NCBI GenBank assembly: GCA_964464605.1
Contig: CAYXJN010000006.1
Coordinates: 186,001-211,980 of the forward strand
Origin: an uncultured Ignavibacteriales bacterium
GTDB lineage: Bacteria; Zixibacteria; MSB-5A5; GN15; FEB-12
DNA: 25,980 nucleotides
Direction of reading: 5' to 3'
The notes beneath the pieces were generated by a model. It was not told the origin of the DNA and did no database searches. It worked only from the letters and a program-made list of their open reading frames with translations. This document shows positions 7,771 through 16,651 of the stretch, piece after piece; position 1 is the stretch's first letter, and the number at the start of each line of letters is the position of its first letter. Both the position numbers and the translations under genes were made by a program.

Positions 7771-8907
7771 CTATAGTCCTGCCGGTTTCAGATTTTCTTT
7801 CGAGAAGGATTTCTCCAATTCGGCATCGGTGAATACGCCATCCTTGCGGATAAGTTTACCGTCAAACCAGATTTCCCCGCCGCCATACTCCGGACGCTGG
7901 ATTAATACCTGATCCCAGTGAATAGCGGATTGGTTGCCGTTGTAGGCCTCATCGTAGCACTGGCCGGGTGTGAAGTGGAAAGAGCCAGCGATTTTTTCAT
8001 CGAACAACGTGTCTTTCATTGGATGCAAAATAAACGGATTAACGCCTATCGCAAACTCACCGATATAGCGGGCACCTTCGTCGGTATTATAGATTTTTTC
8101 CAGTTTCGCATTGTCGCCGTCGCATTGTGATTTAACGATTTTCCCATTTTCGAATGTCAACGACACATTGTTGTACACGACCCCTTGATAAAGAGTGGGC
8201 GTGTTGTACGTTATCGTGCCGTTCACTGAATCTCGTACCGGGGCAGTGTAAACTTCGCCGTCCGGAATGTTTCGCTTGCCGTCGCATTTCACCGCCGGAA
8301 TCCCTTTGATCGAAAACTTGAGGTCAGTTCCGGGGGATTTGATATGCACCTGATCGGTCGCGGTCATAAGAGCGTGGAGTTTATCCTGTGCTTTGGACAT
8401 TTTTGCGTAATCGGCGCAGCAGACCTGAAAATAGAAATCTTCGAACGATTCCTGCGAGGTTTGTGCCAGTTGCGCCATCGCATTATTCGGATAGCGTAGC
8501 ACTACCCAGCGGGTACGCTTAACACGCTCTTCCAAATGCACCGGTTTGTAGAACAGGGTGTTATGCTTATCCATCTGTTTGGAGTCGACATCGGCCAAAT
8601 CGAACGGATTGTCTGAGCCGCGAAGACCGATATAGGCGTCAGCACGAGTCATCAACTCAAGATGTATATCTGCCTGTTTTTTGAATTGGTCGTCATTGGC
8701 TGTTCTCACCCATTGGCGGACCAATGATTCATCATTGTAAAACCAGAACGGAACCGCTCCCTTGGTGGTGGCGTGACGGATAACTTCCTTTCCCAGTTCC
8801 AGTGTCTCTTTTCCTTTGATTTCCAGATAGAGTATTTCACCCGGCTGCAAATTGAGGGAGTAGTTAATAAGCTGGGAGGCTAATATGTCGTTCCGTTTAT
8901 CTTTCAT
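7771..8907 (-). CDS. M29 family aminopeptidase (AmpS/PepS-like)
   Basis: NIPDGEVYTAP, IGEFAIG, LFDEKIAGSFH, SAIHWD; SD GAGGT. Confidence 0.93.
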   Translation of the reverse strand: MKDKRNDILASQLINYSLNLQPGEILYLEIKGKETLELGKEVIRHATTKGAVPFWFYNDESLVRQWVRTANDDQFKKQADIHLELMTRADAYIGLRGSDNPFDLADVDSKQMDKHNTLFYKPVHLEERVKRTRWVVLRYPNNAMAQLAQTSQESFEDFYFQVCCADYAKMSKAQDKLHALMTATDQVHIKSPGTDLKFSIKGIPAVKCDGKRNIPDGEVYTAPVRDSVNGTITYNTPTLYQGVVYNNVSLTFENGKIVKSQCDGDNAKLEKIYNTDEGARYIGEFAIGVNPFILHPMKDTLFDEKIAGSFHFTPGQCYDEAYNGNQSAIHWDQVLIQRPEYGGGEIWFDGKLIRKDGVFTDAELEKSFSKENLKPAGL

Positions 8908-8947
8908 TTTTTACCTCGTCCGGTTGTGGTCAGTATTATCTGAGACA

Positions 8948-8976
8948 AAAGTAAAGCCGGAAAGCGGTTATGGCAA
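8948..8976 (-). promoter_or_regulatory. Sigma70-type promoter of the M29 peptidase
   Basis: Minus strand TTGCCA-N17-TACTTT. Confidence 0.5.
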
Positions 8977-8983
8977 GAGGCGG

Positions 8984-9010
8984 TAAAGCGGAAAAATTTG
9001 TAACCGATAC
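8984..9010 (+). promoter_or_regulatory. Sigma28 (FliA)-like promoter of cheW
   Basis: TAAA(G)-N15-ACCGATAC versus consensus TAAA-N15-GCCGATAA. Confidence 0.55.
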
Positions 9011-9019
9011 AACTATACT

Positions 9020-9511
9020 ATGACACCACAATCGACTACCGTACAGCCATTCGCAGAGACAGTGCTTCAGTTGGTAACGTTCAAGCTCGGGAGCGAAGAA
9101 TACGGTATCGATATTCATCACGTGCAGGAAATTGTGCGAGTGCGGGAAATTACTCCGGTCCCTAACGCACCGGACTTTGTCGATGGGGTCATCAATCAGC
9201 GGGGGAGAATCATCCCGGTTGTGCAGTTAAGCCGCCGCCTTGGTTTACCGGAAAATCCACCGGATCGTCATACCCGGTATATCCTTTTGGATATTCTCGA
9301 TAATCCGGTTGGTATCGCGGTTGATTCGGTAGTCGGCGTCACCAATCTGTCAAAGAAAAGTCTTACGCCCTCTGCGGAATTGCCGGCTAACCAGCGGTCA
9401 ACATTTATCACCGGTGTTGTGAAACGAGAAAACCATCTTGTTCTGCTATTAAATCTTTCTGCCGTTCTTGCATTCGGAAACAGGCTGCTTACCGAAACTG
9501 AGTGCCGCTAA
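9020..9511 (+). CDS. cheW: Chemotaxis adaptor CheW
   Basis: QLVTFKLGSEEYGIDI..VQEI, ITPVPNAPDFVDGVINQRGRIIPVV, GIAVDSV. Confidence 0.93.
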   Translation: MTPQSTTVQPFAETVLQLVTFKLGSEEYGIDIHHVQEIVRVREITPVPNAPDFVDGVINQRGRIIPVVQLSRRLGLPENPPDRHTRYILLDILDNPVGIAVDSVVGVTNLSKKSLTPSAELPANQRSTFITGVVKRENHLVLLLNLSAVLAFGNRLLTETECR

Positions 9512-9532
9512 GTATCAACGTATAACTCATAA

Positions 9533-9561
9533 TTGACCTGCCCGGTAGCGCGTACTATGCT
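9533..9561 (+). promoter_or_regulatory. Sigma70-type promoter
   Basis: TTGACC-N17-TATGCT, 10 nt before ATG 9572. The TTG called as the ORF start is the -35 box. Confidence 0.55.
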
Positions 9562-9571
9562 ATCCGTTACT

Positions 9572-10702
9572 ATGAAAACAATAGAGCTGCTGTCGAGCGA
9601 TATCGGACGGGGACATCCCTCTTATCTTGACGGTATCGAAACCGCGTTGCTGCAAAAACATATCCCGCATCACTATGAAACCGTGTTTACCGTCTCAACC
9701 GGTGTTTCGTCGATCGCATGGAAAGGTGTGCGCTGGTTGTATCGGCATGGATCCTCCCATCCACTCGTAAAAGACGGGTACCAAGCGCTGCGCAAAACGA
9801 ATGATTACAATACCTCCTCGCTGATGTTATCCTTGCTGGCCCGTTCACTGAAGAAAAAATACTTCTCAGCAATGACGCCGTTAGTTGTCGATCATCCGGT
9901 ATTGGTGGCGGCAATGCGCGGGAGGCAGCAGCTTGTTTATCAGCATGGTGAATTAGTTGTGCCGCAGGAGGCGCTGGTTCGGGGGGAGCACACAGTATTT
10001 GTACCGACTCATGAAACAGCGCAGGTTTTTATCGATGCGGGTTTTTCCCGAAAACAAATTATCGTTACCGGGCTTTGCATTGAATCGGAATTAGTCAGAC
10101 TGTCTCAGACCGCATATCAACAACGACTTTCACGTTTCGCAAATGCATCATCAATGAGCATCGCATTCTTTTCCTCCGGCGCCGAACCGAAAGAGCATGT
10201 TGATGTATTGATTGCATCGATCCGGTCTGCTGTTACCAATGGTCACACGGCTTTAGTTTTCGCCAAGCAAAACGGCCGCTTCGAGCGGGGGATAAAAGAT
10301 ACGGCTCAGTCTATTGATGCGAAATACAAACACCTGATCGATTATGTAACGTATACATCACGCTACGAACTCGACATGTTAACCGCCCGTGCCTTTCCCT
10401 GTTTCGATTGCTTTGTCGCCCCGCCGCATGAACGAAGTAACTGGGCGGTCGGGTTAGGGCTGCCGATGTTCATAGTAGAGCCGACTATCGGTACATTCTC
10501 ACCGCTTAATCGCGCCTTGCTTTTGGAGCAAAAGGTCGCCGTCTCGCTTGCGGACAACTCACTTTCTTTCGCAGACCGGCTTGCCAAGCTACAATCAAGC
10601 GGGGAATTGGCCGATATGGCCAAAGCTGGCTGGGGGAAACACCAAATTACCGGCTTTGAACGAATAGCATCGTTTTTGGCTTCCGCTGACTTCACAATCT
10701 AA
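9572..10702 (+). CDS. Hypothetical GT-B fold glycosyltransferase-like protein (distantly UgtP/MGDG synthase/GT28-like)
   Basis: N-terminal DIGRGH loop, IIVTGLCI, C-terminal LGLPMFIVEPTIG..PLNRALL. Start reassigned to ATG 9572. Confidence 0.55.
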   Translation: MKTIELLSSDIGRGHPSYLDGIETALLQKHIPHHYETVFTVSTGVSSIAWKGVRWLYRHGSSHPLVKDGYQALRKTNDYNTSSLMLSLLARSLKKKYFSAMTPLVVDHPVLVAAMRGRQQLVYQHGELVVPQEALVRGEHTVFVPTHETAQVFIDAGFSRKQIIVTGLCIESELVRLSQTAYQQRLSRFANASSMSIAFFSSGAEPKEHVDVLIASIRSAVTNGHTALVFAKQNGRFERGIKDTAQSIDAKYKHLIDYVTYTSRYELDMLTARAFPCFDCFVAPPHERSNWAVGLGLPMFIVEPTIGTFSPLNRALLLEQKVAVSLADNSLSFADRLAKLQSSGELADMAKAGWGKHQITGFERIASFLASADFTI

Positions 10703-10717
10703 CTATATTTCCGGCTT

Positions 10718-12361
10718 ATGCTTAAGCTGGTCGGAACAGATGGTACCCGTTACTATGCCTGGATACTCAAACCGGGGAGTTACATAGTAGGGCGAAAGGA
10801 TGATGTCGATTTTGTTATTAATGATCGCACCGTCTCACGCCAGCATGCCCGCGTCGATGTTACCGATAAAACTGTCACGCTGACCGATCTGGAAAGTCAT
10901 AACGGTACGGTAATCAATGGCCGCCGACTGACCGGTTCGAGTGAGATATTTGACGGTGATGTTCTCCTGTTCGGTCAGACAGAATTCAAGATCGTTCCCG
11001 AACAAGCCGGTTCAATGCCGCCGACTGGTAAAACGGCAACGCAATTTGCCGATCGTGATCCGGAAAAATCGGTCTTTCTTGCGCTTGATGAAGTACTCAA
11101 GCCGTTACCCGGCCGCATTGTCGACTTACCCGATTTTCTCCCGACCTTTTTTGAGCTTGGGAAATTGCTGGTTTTAGCGGAACCGAAAGAGGAGATGGTG
11201 CAGCGGTCACTACAACTGGTCGGCAGAATCATTCCCGCTGATCGCTTAGCCGTTTTATCCGCAGATGGTGATCAGGGGGAAATCGTCGCGCTCGCTACCG
11301 TTATTCAAGGAGGGAAAAATCACGGCTCGTTTCAAATTTCCCGCACGGTCGTGAATGATATTCTGCAAAACAAAAATGCAGTATTAATCGGCGACCCGGC
11401 CGATGATCCCCGTTTTGCCCAGCAGAAGTCGATTATTTTGGCGGAAGTAAAATCCGCCATGGCGGTTCCGATGTTCGATGAGGGACGGGTACTCGGCATT
11501 CTCTACGTCGACACCAGCAACCCGCTGCATCGTTATCATGATGAATATCTTCGCTTGCTGGCTACCTGTGGAAATCTGATTGCCTCACGATTGCTGAATT
11601 ACCAATTATTGCAGGAACGTCAGGAAAAACAGATTATTGCGGCCGAACTGTTACGCGCTTCCCGCATTCAGCAAAACTTACTGCTGCAGACACCGCCGTC
11701 GGTAAAAGGATATACTATCGGCACCTATCAAGTGCAGTCGCGGCAAGTCGGCGGGGATATGTATGACGCAGCATTGCTGCCGGACGGCAGATTGCTCGTT
11801 ATGGTTGCAGATGTTAGCGGTAAAGGAATGGGCGCGGCGCTGTTGATGTCGAATATTCTTGCCTCATTTCGCATTCTCTATGAACAGCCGAGCTTTAATC
11901 TGCCAAAGGCAATTGCGCAGATTTCGATTGAACTGAACAAGTACAGCGCGGCAGAGGATTTCGCGACGGTATTCGTTGGCATTCTTGATCCCGCAGCCGG
12001 CAAACTTACCTATGTAAATGCAGGACACAACTCCCCCCTGTTAGTGCGGGCACGAGGAACGATTGATAAGCTGAATGCCACCGGATTCATGGTCGGCGCA
12101 TTTCCGTTCGGTGACTGGAATGAGGAAACAATCAGTTTTGCCTCGGGCGATCAGTTGGTCGTCTTCACCGATGGTGTCACCGAAGCGGAAGGACCGAAAG
12201 GTCTGTTCGGGGATGAGCAGTTGGAAGAGCTTGTTCTCAAGCATCGTGCTCTCTCGCCGGATGAACTGGAAGTCAAGATTACCGATGCGATCAAAGCCTT
12301 TGTTGACAATACCCCGCAGTCTGACGATATAACGATGCTCATTTTGCGACGAGACAGCTAA
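10718..12361 (+). CDS. FHA-GAF-SpoIIE/PP2C Ser/Thr phosphatase
   Basis: FHA (GR..VSRQHA..SHNGT), GAF (SAMAVPM..GILYVD), PP2C (VGGDMYD, ADVSGKG, NAGH, FTDGVTE, DDIT). Confidence 0.93.
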   Translation: MLKLVGTDGTRYYAWILKPGSYIVGRKDDVDFVINDRTVSRQHARVDVTDKTVTLTDLESHNGTVINGRRLTGSSEIFDGDVLLFGQTEFKIVPEQAGSMPPTGKTATQFADRDPEKSVFLALDEVLKPLPGRIVDLPDFLPTFFELGKLLVLAEPKEEMVQRSLQLVGRIIPADRLAVLSADGDQGEIVALATVIQGGKNHGSFQISRTVVNDILQNKNAVLIGDPADDPRFAQQKSIILAEVKSAMAVPMFDEGRVLGILYVDTSNPLHRYHDEYLRLLATCGNLIASRLLNYQLLQERQEKQIIAAELLRASRIQQNLLLQTPPSVKGYTIGTYQVQSRQVGGDMYDAALLPDGRLLVMVADVSGKGMGAALLMSNILASFRILYEQPSFNLPKAIAQISIELNKYSAAEDFATVFVGILDPAAGKLTYVNAGHNSPLLVRARGTIDKLNATGFMVGAFPFGDWNEETISFASGDQLVVFTDGVTEAEGPKGLFGDEQLEELVLKHRALSPDELEVKITDAIKAFVDNTPQSDDITMLILRRDS

Positions 12362-15355
12362 ATGCTTAAAGAAAACAGCCACTTCAGCCATTTTACTATC
12401 ATCCGCCAGCTTGGATCAGGGGGGATGGGACAGGTATTTTTGGCTGAAGACCACAAGCTCGGCCGCCAGGTTGCACTGAAAATTCTGCAGTCGGATTTAT
12501 TCAGCGATACTGAAAAGAAAGAGCGCTTTTACCGTGAAGCGCGTACCGCAGCCCGGGTCACCCACGCCAATGTGATGGCGGTGTACGATATCGATGCCGC
12601 CCCGATTGAGCAGGGGCAGGAGCCGATTACATTCCTCGTTATGGAATATGTTAACGGCGCATCGCTTTCTGATTATTTGTCCAGAAACAAGCCGTCGATG
12701 TCGGAAATAGTTCGTCTTGCTGAAAAAATTGCCTCAGGATTGGCGGAGGCGCATCAGCTTGGCATCGTTCACCGCGATATAAAATCAGACAATATTTTGG
12801 TTACCGCCGCCAAAGAGCCGAAAATTCTTGATTTTGGATTAGCGAAAGCCGTTGATCCGGTGCAGTGGGGAGGAGCGGATGTTACCGCGACTATCTCAAA
12901 AGAGTTGACTCGAGCCGGTAAAATTGTCGGTACGGTTAGTTACATGTCGCCGGAACAGGCGCGCGGCGAAATGGTAGATACCCGTTCCGATATTTTCTCG
13001 TTCGGCATACTTTTGTATCGCATGGTAACGGGAGTACTGCCGTTTGATGGTTCGACCCAGGTTTCGACACTCGCCAAAATTTTGGAAACGCAGCCGGAAT
13101 CACCGCGTTTAAAAAATGCGGATGTTGCACCGGAACTGGAACGGATTATCGAAAAATGTCTCTGTAAAGATCCGCAGGATAGATATCAGAACACGCAGGA
13201 CTTAGTAGTCGATCTGCGCAATCTGCGCCGGAAGTATGACAGCGGTATTACCGAAACAGTCTCTTTAATGACTGATGCGGTTAAAACAAACAAAAAGAAA
13301 TCACCGGTCTCACTCAGTATTGCAAAAGTTGCCGGAATAACGCTCGTTGTCTTAACTCTCATCGCTGCCGGAATGCAATGGCTGCGCGGTGGATCGGAAT
13401 CGGGTGGGGCGTTACAGGCGAGCGAAAACAAACTGGCAATTCTCTCCTTTGAAAACAAAACCGGTGATGAAAGCCTCAACTGGCTGCAAACAGGTCTGCC
13501 GGAAATTCTGCTTACCGATTTGGGACAGGACCTGACGCTTGAAGTAATGAGTAATGACCGTTTGCGGGATTATCTAAACAAAAGCGGCTCAACCGAACAG
13601 AACTTTTCTCAAACCCAATACCGTGAAGCTGCCCGCTCTTTGGGCGTTAAAACAATCGTTTCCGGAGCATATTACAAAGTCGATACATTGATTCGTATTG
13701 ATGCCCGTATTGAAGATATCTCTTCAGGTAAAATTGTCTCAGCAGAAAAAGTGCAGGGTGGAAAGTCGAATCCGTTTGCGCTTGTCGACAGTCTGACTGG
13801 CAAAGTGTTGACTTCGCTTAACTTGCACGGCAGAGAAAAGGGAAGCTCAGTCGAAAGTTTGCTGTCATCTTCACCCGAGGCATACAAAAAGTACCTGGAA
13901 GGCATGCAGTTCTTCGGTGAATCGCGTAATGAAGAAGCAATTCGCGCCTTTATCGAAGCAATCAAGCTGGATACGACCTTCGCCCTTGCCTACATGCGGG
14001 CTGGGATGGCGAATATCTTCAGCGGCAAGCAACAGTTAGGTGCGGGCTTTATCGCCAAAGCACTTGCTTTCGCTCAAAAACTGCCGCCGCGAGATAAGAG
14101 CAAATTGGATATCTATGGCGACGTGTGGGTGGCTAAAAAGTATGATGCCGCTTTTACCAAGCAGGAAGTATTCGTTCGTGATTTCCCGGATGATAAGGAA
14201 GGACTTTCTATCTATGGGTTACTGCTCTGGCAATTCCGTAAAGATACTACCGGTGCATTACTCTATTTAGATTCTGCACTTTCCTTAGACCCGAATTTCC
14301 AGATGGCGCTTGGTTTCAGCAGCGAAGTCTATTCGCAATTGAAACAGTATGATAAAGCGATTCGCGTCTCGGAAAAAATGGTAGCACTTGCCCCGGAATC
14401 CCCCAATACCTTGCTTGGTTTGGCTTCTTTATATGACCAGAAAGGGGATTTAGCAGCGGCCTTGAAAATCTATAAGCAGGCGCTGGGAAAATTCCCGACT
14501 GATTTGAATACTATCACCTCGACTTCGTGGTTGTTCGCACGGCAGCGTCAGTTCGACAGTGCCCGGTTTTATATGGAAAAATTCAGAGATCAGGCCGGAA
14601 ACGATCCGTATCGGTTGATGGATTATTATAACTCACTCGGCAGTTTGGCGTCATGGGAAGGAAAGTTTTTAGAAAATATTCGCTTTCGTAAGCTCACTTT
14701 ACAAGAAGCAAAAAAGACCGGAGACAGTATTTTAATCGGTAATACTTACCGGGTTATTTTCGTTTCGTACCAGCGTCTTGAGCAAAAAGACAGCGCATAT
14801 CAGTACATCAAGTTGGCGCTTGCTGTTTCACCCGGCCTAAGTAAACTCGGTTTGCCGTTGTCACTGGCTTCGCTTGACCCTCAAAAGTACGGCGATACTG
14901 CCCGGGCGGTATACAAAGAAGTTTCAACGTTTACCAAGTCACGGACACCTTCAGAATTATGGTCACTGTTTGATAATCTTGGCGATATGCTTGATGGAAT
15001 CATTCTCGCTGACACGATGAAGCAGATTACGGCAATACAAAATATTCTCGCGCAACAGCAGGAAACACCAACATCCGGCAACCACTTCGAGTTGGGCCAT
15101 TTCTATGTCAGCATCAAGCAGTATGAAAAAGGGATTTCCTATTTATTGCCGTTTGTCGATAAATCTTCTTCGTCAGGCAACGCCTATTATTACCTGATGT
15201 CGTATTACTACATGGGTATCGCGCACGAAGGACTGGGCAATACGGCGAAAGCTATCGAATGCTACGACGAAGTGCTCAAGCATTGGGGGCATCCTGACGT
15301 TGAAATGCAAGAGATTGCCGATACGCGGACTCGTTTGGCGCGTCTTCGCGGCTGA
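12362..15355 (+). CDS. Membrane Hanks-type Ser/Thr kinase with extracytoplasmic TolB-N/FlgO-like domain and TPR repeats
   Basis: GSGGMG, VALK, HRDIKSDN, DFG, YMSPE; one TM at about aa 323-341; LAILSFENKTGD domain; multiple TPRs. Confidence 0.93.
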   Translation: MLKENSHFSHFTIIRQLGSGGMGQVFLAEDHKLGRQVALKILQSDLFSDTEKKERFYREARTAARVTHANVMAVYDIDAAPIEQGQEPITFLVMEYVNGASLSDYLSRNKPSMSEIVRLAEKIASGLAEAHQLGIVHRDIKSDNILVTAAKEPKILDFGLAKAVDPVQWGGADVTATISKELTRAGKIVGTVSYMSPEQARGEMVDTRSDIFSFGILLYRMVTGVLPFDGSTQVSTLAKILETQPESPRLKNADVAPELERIIEKCLCKDPQDRYQNTQDLVVDLRNLRRKYDSGITETVSLMTDAVKTNKKKSPVSLSIAKVAGITLVVLTLIAAGMQWLRGGSESGGALQASENKLAILSFENKTGDESLNWLQTGLPEILLTDLGQDLTLEVMSNDRLRDYLNKSGSTEQNFSQTQYREAARSLGVKTIVSGAYYKVDTLIRIDARIEDISSGKIVSAEKVQGGKSNPFALVDSLTGKVLTSLNLHGREKGSSVESLLSSSPEAYKKYLEGMQFFGESRNEEAIRAFIEAIKLDTTFALAYMRAGMANIFSGKQQLGAGFIAKALAFAQKLPPRDKSKLDIYGDVWVAKKYDAAFTKQEVFVRDFPDDKEGLSIYGLLLWQFRKDTTGALLYLDSALSLDPNFQMALGFSSEVYSQLKQYDKAIRVSEKMVALAPESPNTLLGLASLYDQKGDLAAALKIYKQALGKFPTDLNTITSTSWLFARQRQFDSARFYMEKFRDQAGNDPYRLMDYYNSLGSLASWEGKFLENIRFRKLTLQEAKKTGDSILIGNTYRVIFVSYQRLEQKDSAYQYIKLALAVSPGLSKLGLPLSLASLDPQKYGDTARAVYKEVSTFTKSRTPSELWSLFDNLGDMLDGIILADTMKQITAIQNILAQQQETPTSGNHFELGHFYVSIKQYEKGISYLLPFVDKSSSSGNAYYYLMSYYYMGIAHEGLGNTAKAIECYDEVLKHWGHPDVEMQEIADTRTRLARLRG

Positions 15356-15424
15356 TAGCACATTTCTATTTCTTTCTTTTTCTTTCTGACACCTTCCTAA
15401 AACATATATATTCCGCGCTTACCT

Positions 15425-16651
15425 ATGTGGCGTGGATTCAAAAACTACCTCCCCGATGTCGGACGTGATGTCTGGATTCTTGCTTTAGGGTGGTTTGTTT
15501 CGGCGATGGGGTTTGCCGCATCCATGCCCTTTATTTCGATTTATTTCAGTCAAACGTACGGCATGTCGATCGGTGCGATCGGATTGTATTTCGGTGCATT
15601 GGCAGTGATACGGGCGGGGTTTCAATTGCTGGGCGGTGAGTTTTCGGATCGTATTCAGCGCAAGTCACTACTGGTGCATGTTCAACTCTGGCGCGCGCTT
15701 TCATTCTTGGGCATGGCTGCGGTAGTCTACTGGAAGCTTGATTTGTTCACCGTTTCTATCATGCTTATCGCAAACTCAGTGCTCGGTTCGATTTTTCAGC
15801 CGGTAGCAAATGCAATGGTATCAGACTATCTGGCATCGAAGGAGCGGATGGAAGGGTATGCGCTTACTCGTTCAGCCGGTAACATGGGCTGGGCCGCAGG
15901 GCCGGCCTTGGGCGGGTTTTTGGCCTCGGATTCGTTCGGACTGCTGTTTGTAATTTCAGCCGTGCTCGCGTTTATCTCCGGTTTGGTTTTTCTCTTTTTC
16001 CTTCGCGCACCGAAACAGCAGACAGCGACCGATAAATTTACCTGGCGGGATTTGCTGGCGATCAAAGATGATCCATTGTTGGCGCGGCATTGCATACTGA
16101 CACTTTTACTCTATCTTGTCGTTGCCCAGCTCATCGTGCCGTTTTCAGTCTATACGGTCCAGATGAACGGTTTGCCGGAGTATCAACTTGGATACCTGTA
16201 TGCCGTGAACGGTTTAATGGTTGTGTTATTACAAATCCCAACAACGCGGCTCATGGCGGGCGCAAAACTGACGCAGCAGATTGCTATCGGCGCCTGTTTT
16301 TATGCGTTTGGGTATGCGATGGTCGGCTGGGTCGGCGGCTTTTTCAATCTGATGATTACCCTCATTATTATCACTGTCGGTGAAAATCTTATCTCACCAC
16401 CATCGTTAACGCTGACTTCACGATTGGCTAAAGAAGGAAGAATGGGTCGGTATATGGGCATTTACGGATTCTTCCAGACCGCCGGGTGGTCATTCGGTCC
16501 CTTGTATGGCGGAACGATTTTAGAAAAATATCAATACGATCCGAAACTGGCATGGGGACTGATTGCCAGTTTGGCGATTGTCTCCGCGTTTGGCTACCTG
16601 TTATTTGCGAATCGATTATCGAAAACAGTGAACAGCAAACCGGCTACTTGA
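15425..16651 (+). CDS. MFS transporter
   Basis: About 12 TMs; motif A-like GEFSDRIQRK; GWAAGPALGG. Confidence 0.92.
   Translation: MWRGFKNYLPDVGRDVWILALGWFVSAMGFAASMPFISIYFSQTYGMSIGAIGLYFGALAVIRAGFQLLGGEFSDRIQRKSLLVHVQLWRALSFLGMAAVVYWKLDLFTVSIMLIANSVLGSIFQPVANAMVSDYLASKERMEGYALTRSAGNMGWAAGPALGGFLASDSFGLLFVISAVLAFISGLVFLFFLRAPKQQTATDKFTWRDLLAIKDDPLLARHCILTLLLYLVVAQLIVPFSVYTVQMNGLPEYQLGYLYAVNGLMVVLLQIPTTRLMAGAKLTQQIAIGACFYAFGYAMVGWVGGFFNLMITLIIITVGENLISPPSLTLTSRLAKEGRMGRYMGIYGFFQTAGWSFGPLYGGTILEKYQYDPKLAWGLIASLAIVSAFGYLLFANRLSKTVNSKPAT

Noticed and set aside
9533..9571. TTG start at 9533 for the GT-like ORF
   Set aside because: It coincides with the -35 box of a well-spaced promoter; ATG 9572 fits better.
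9572..10702. BshA (bacillithiol glycosyltransferase)
   Set aside because: Lacks the GT4/BshA motifs (YGGSG, ESFG).
15362..15387. Pyrimidine tract as terminator or repeat
   Set aside because: No preceding hairpin; low complexity only.
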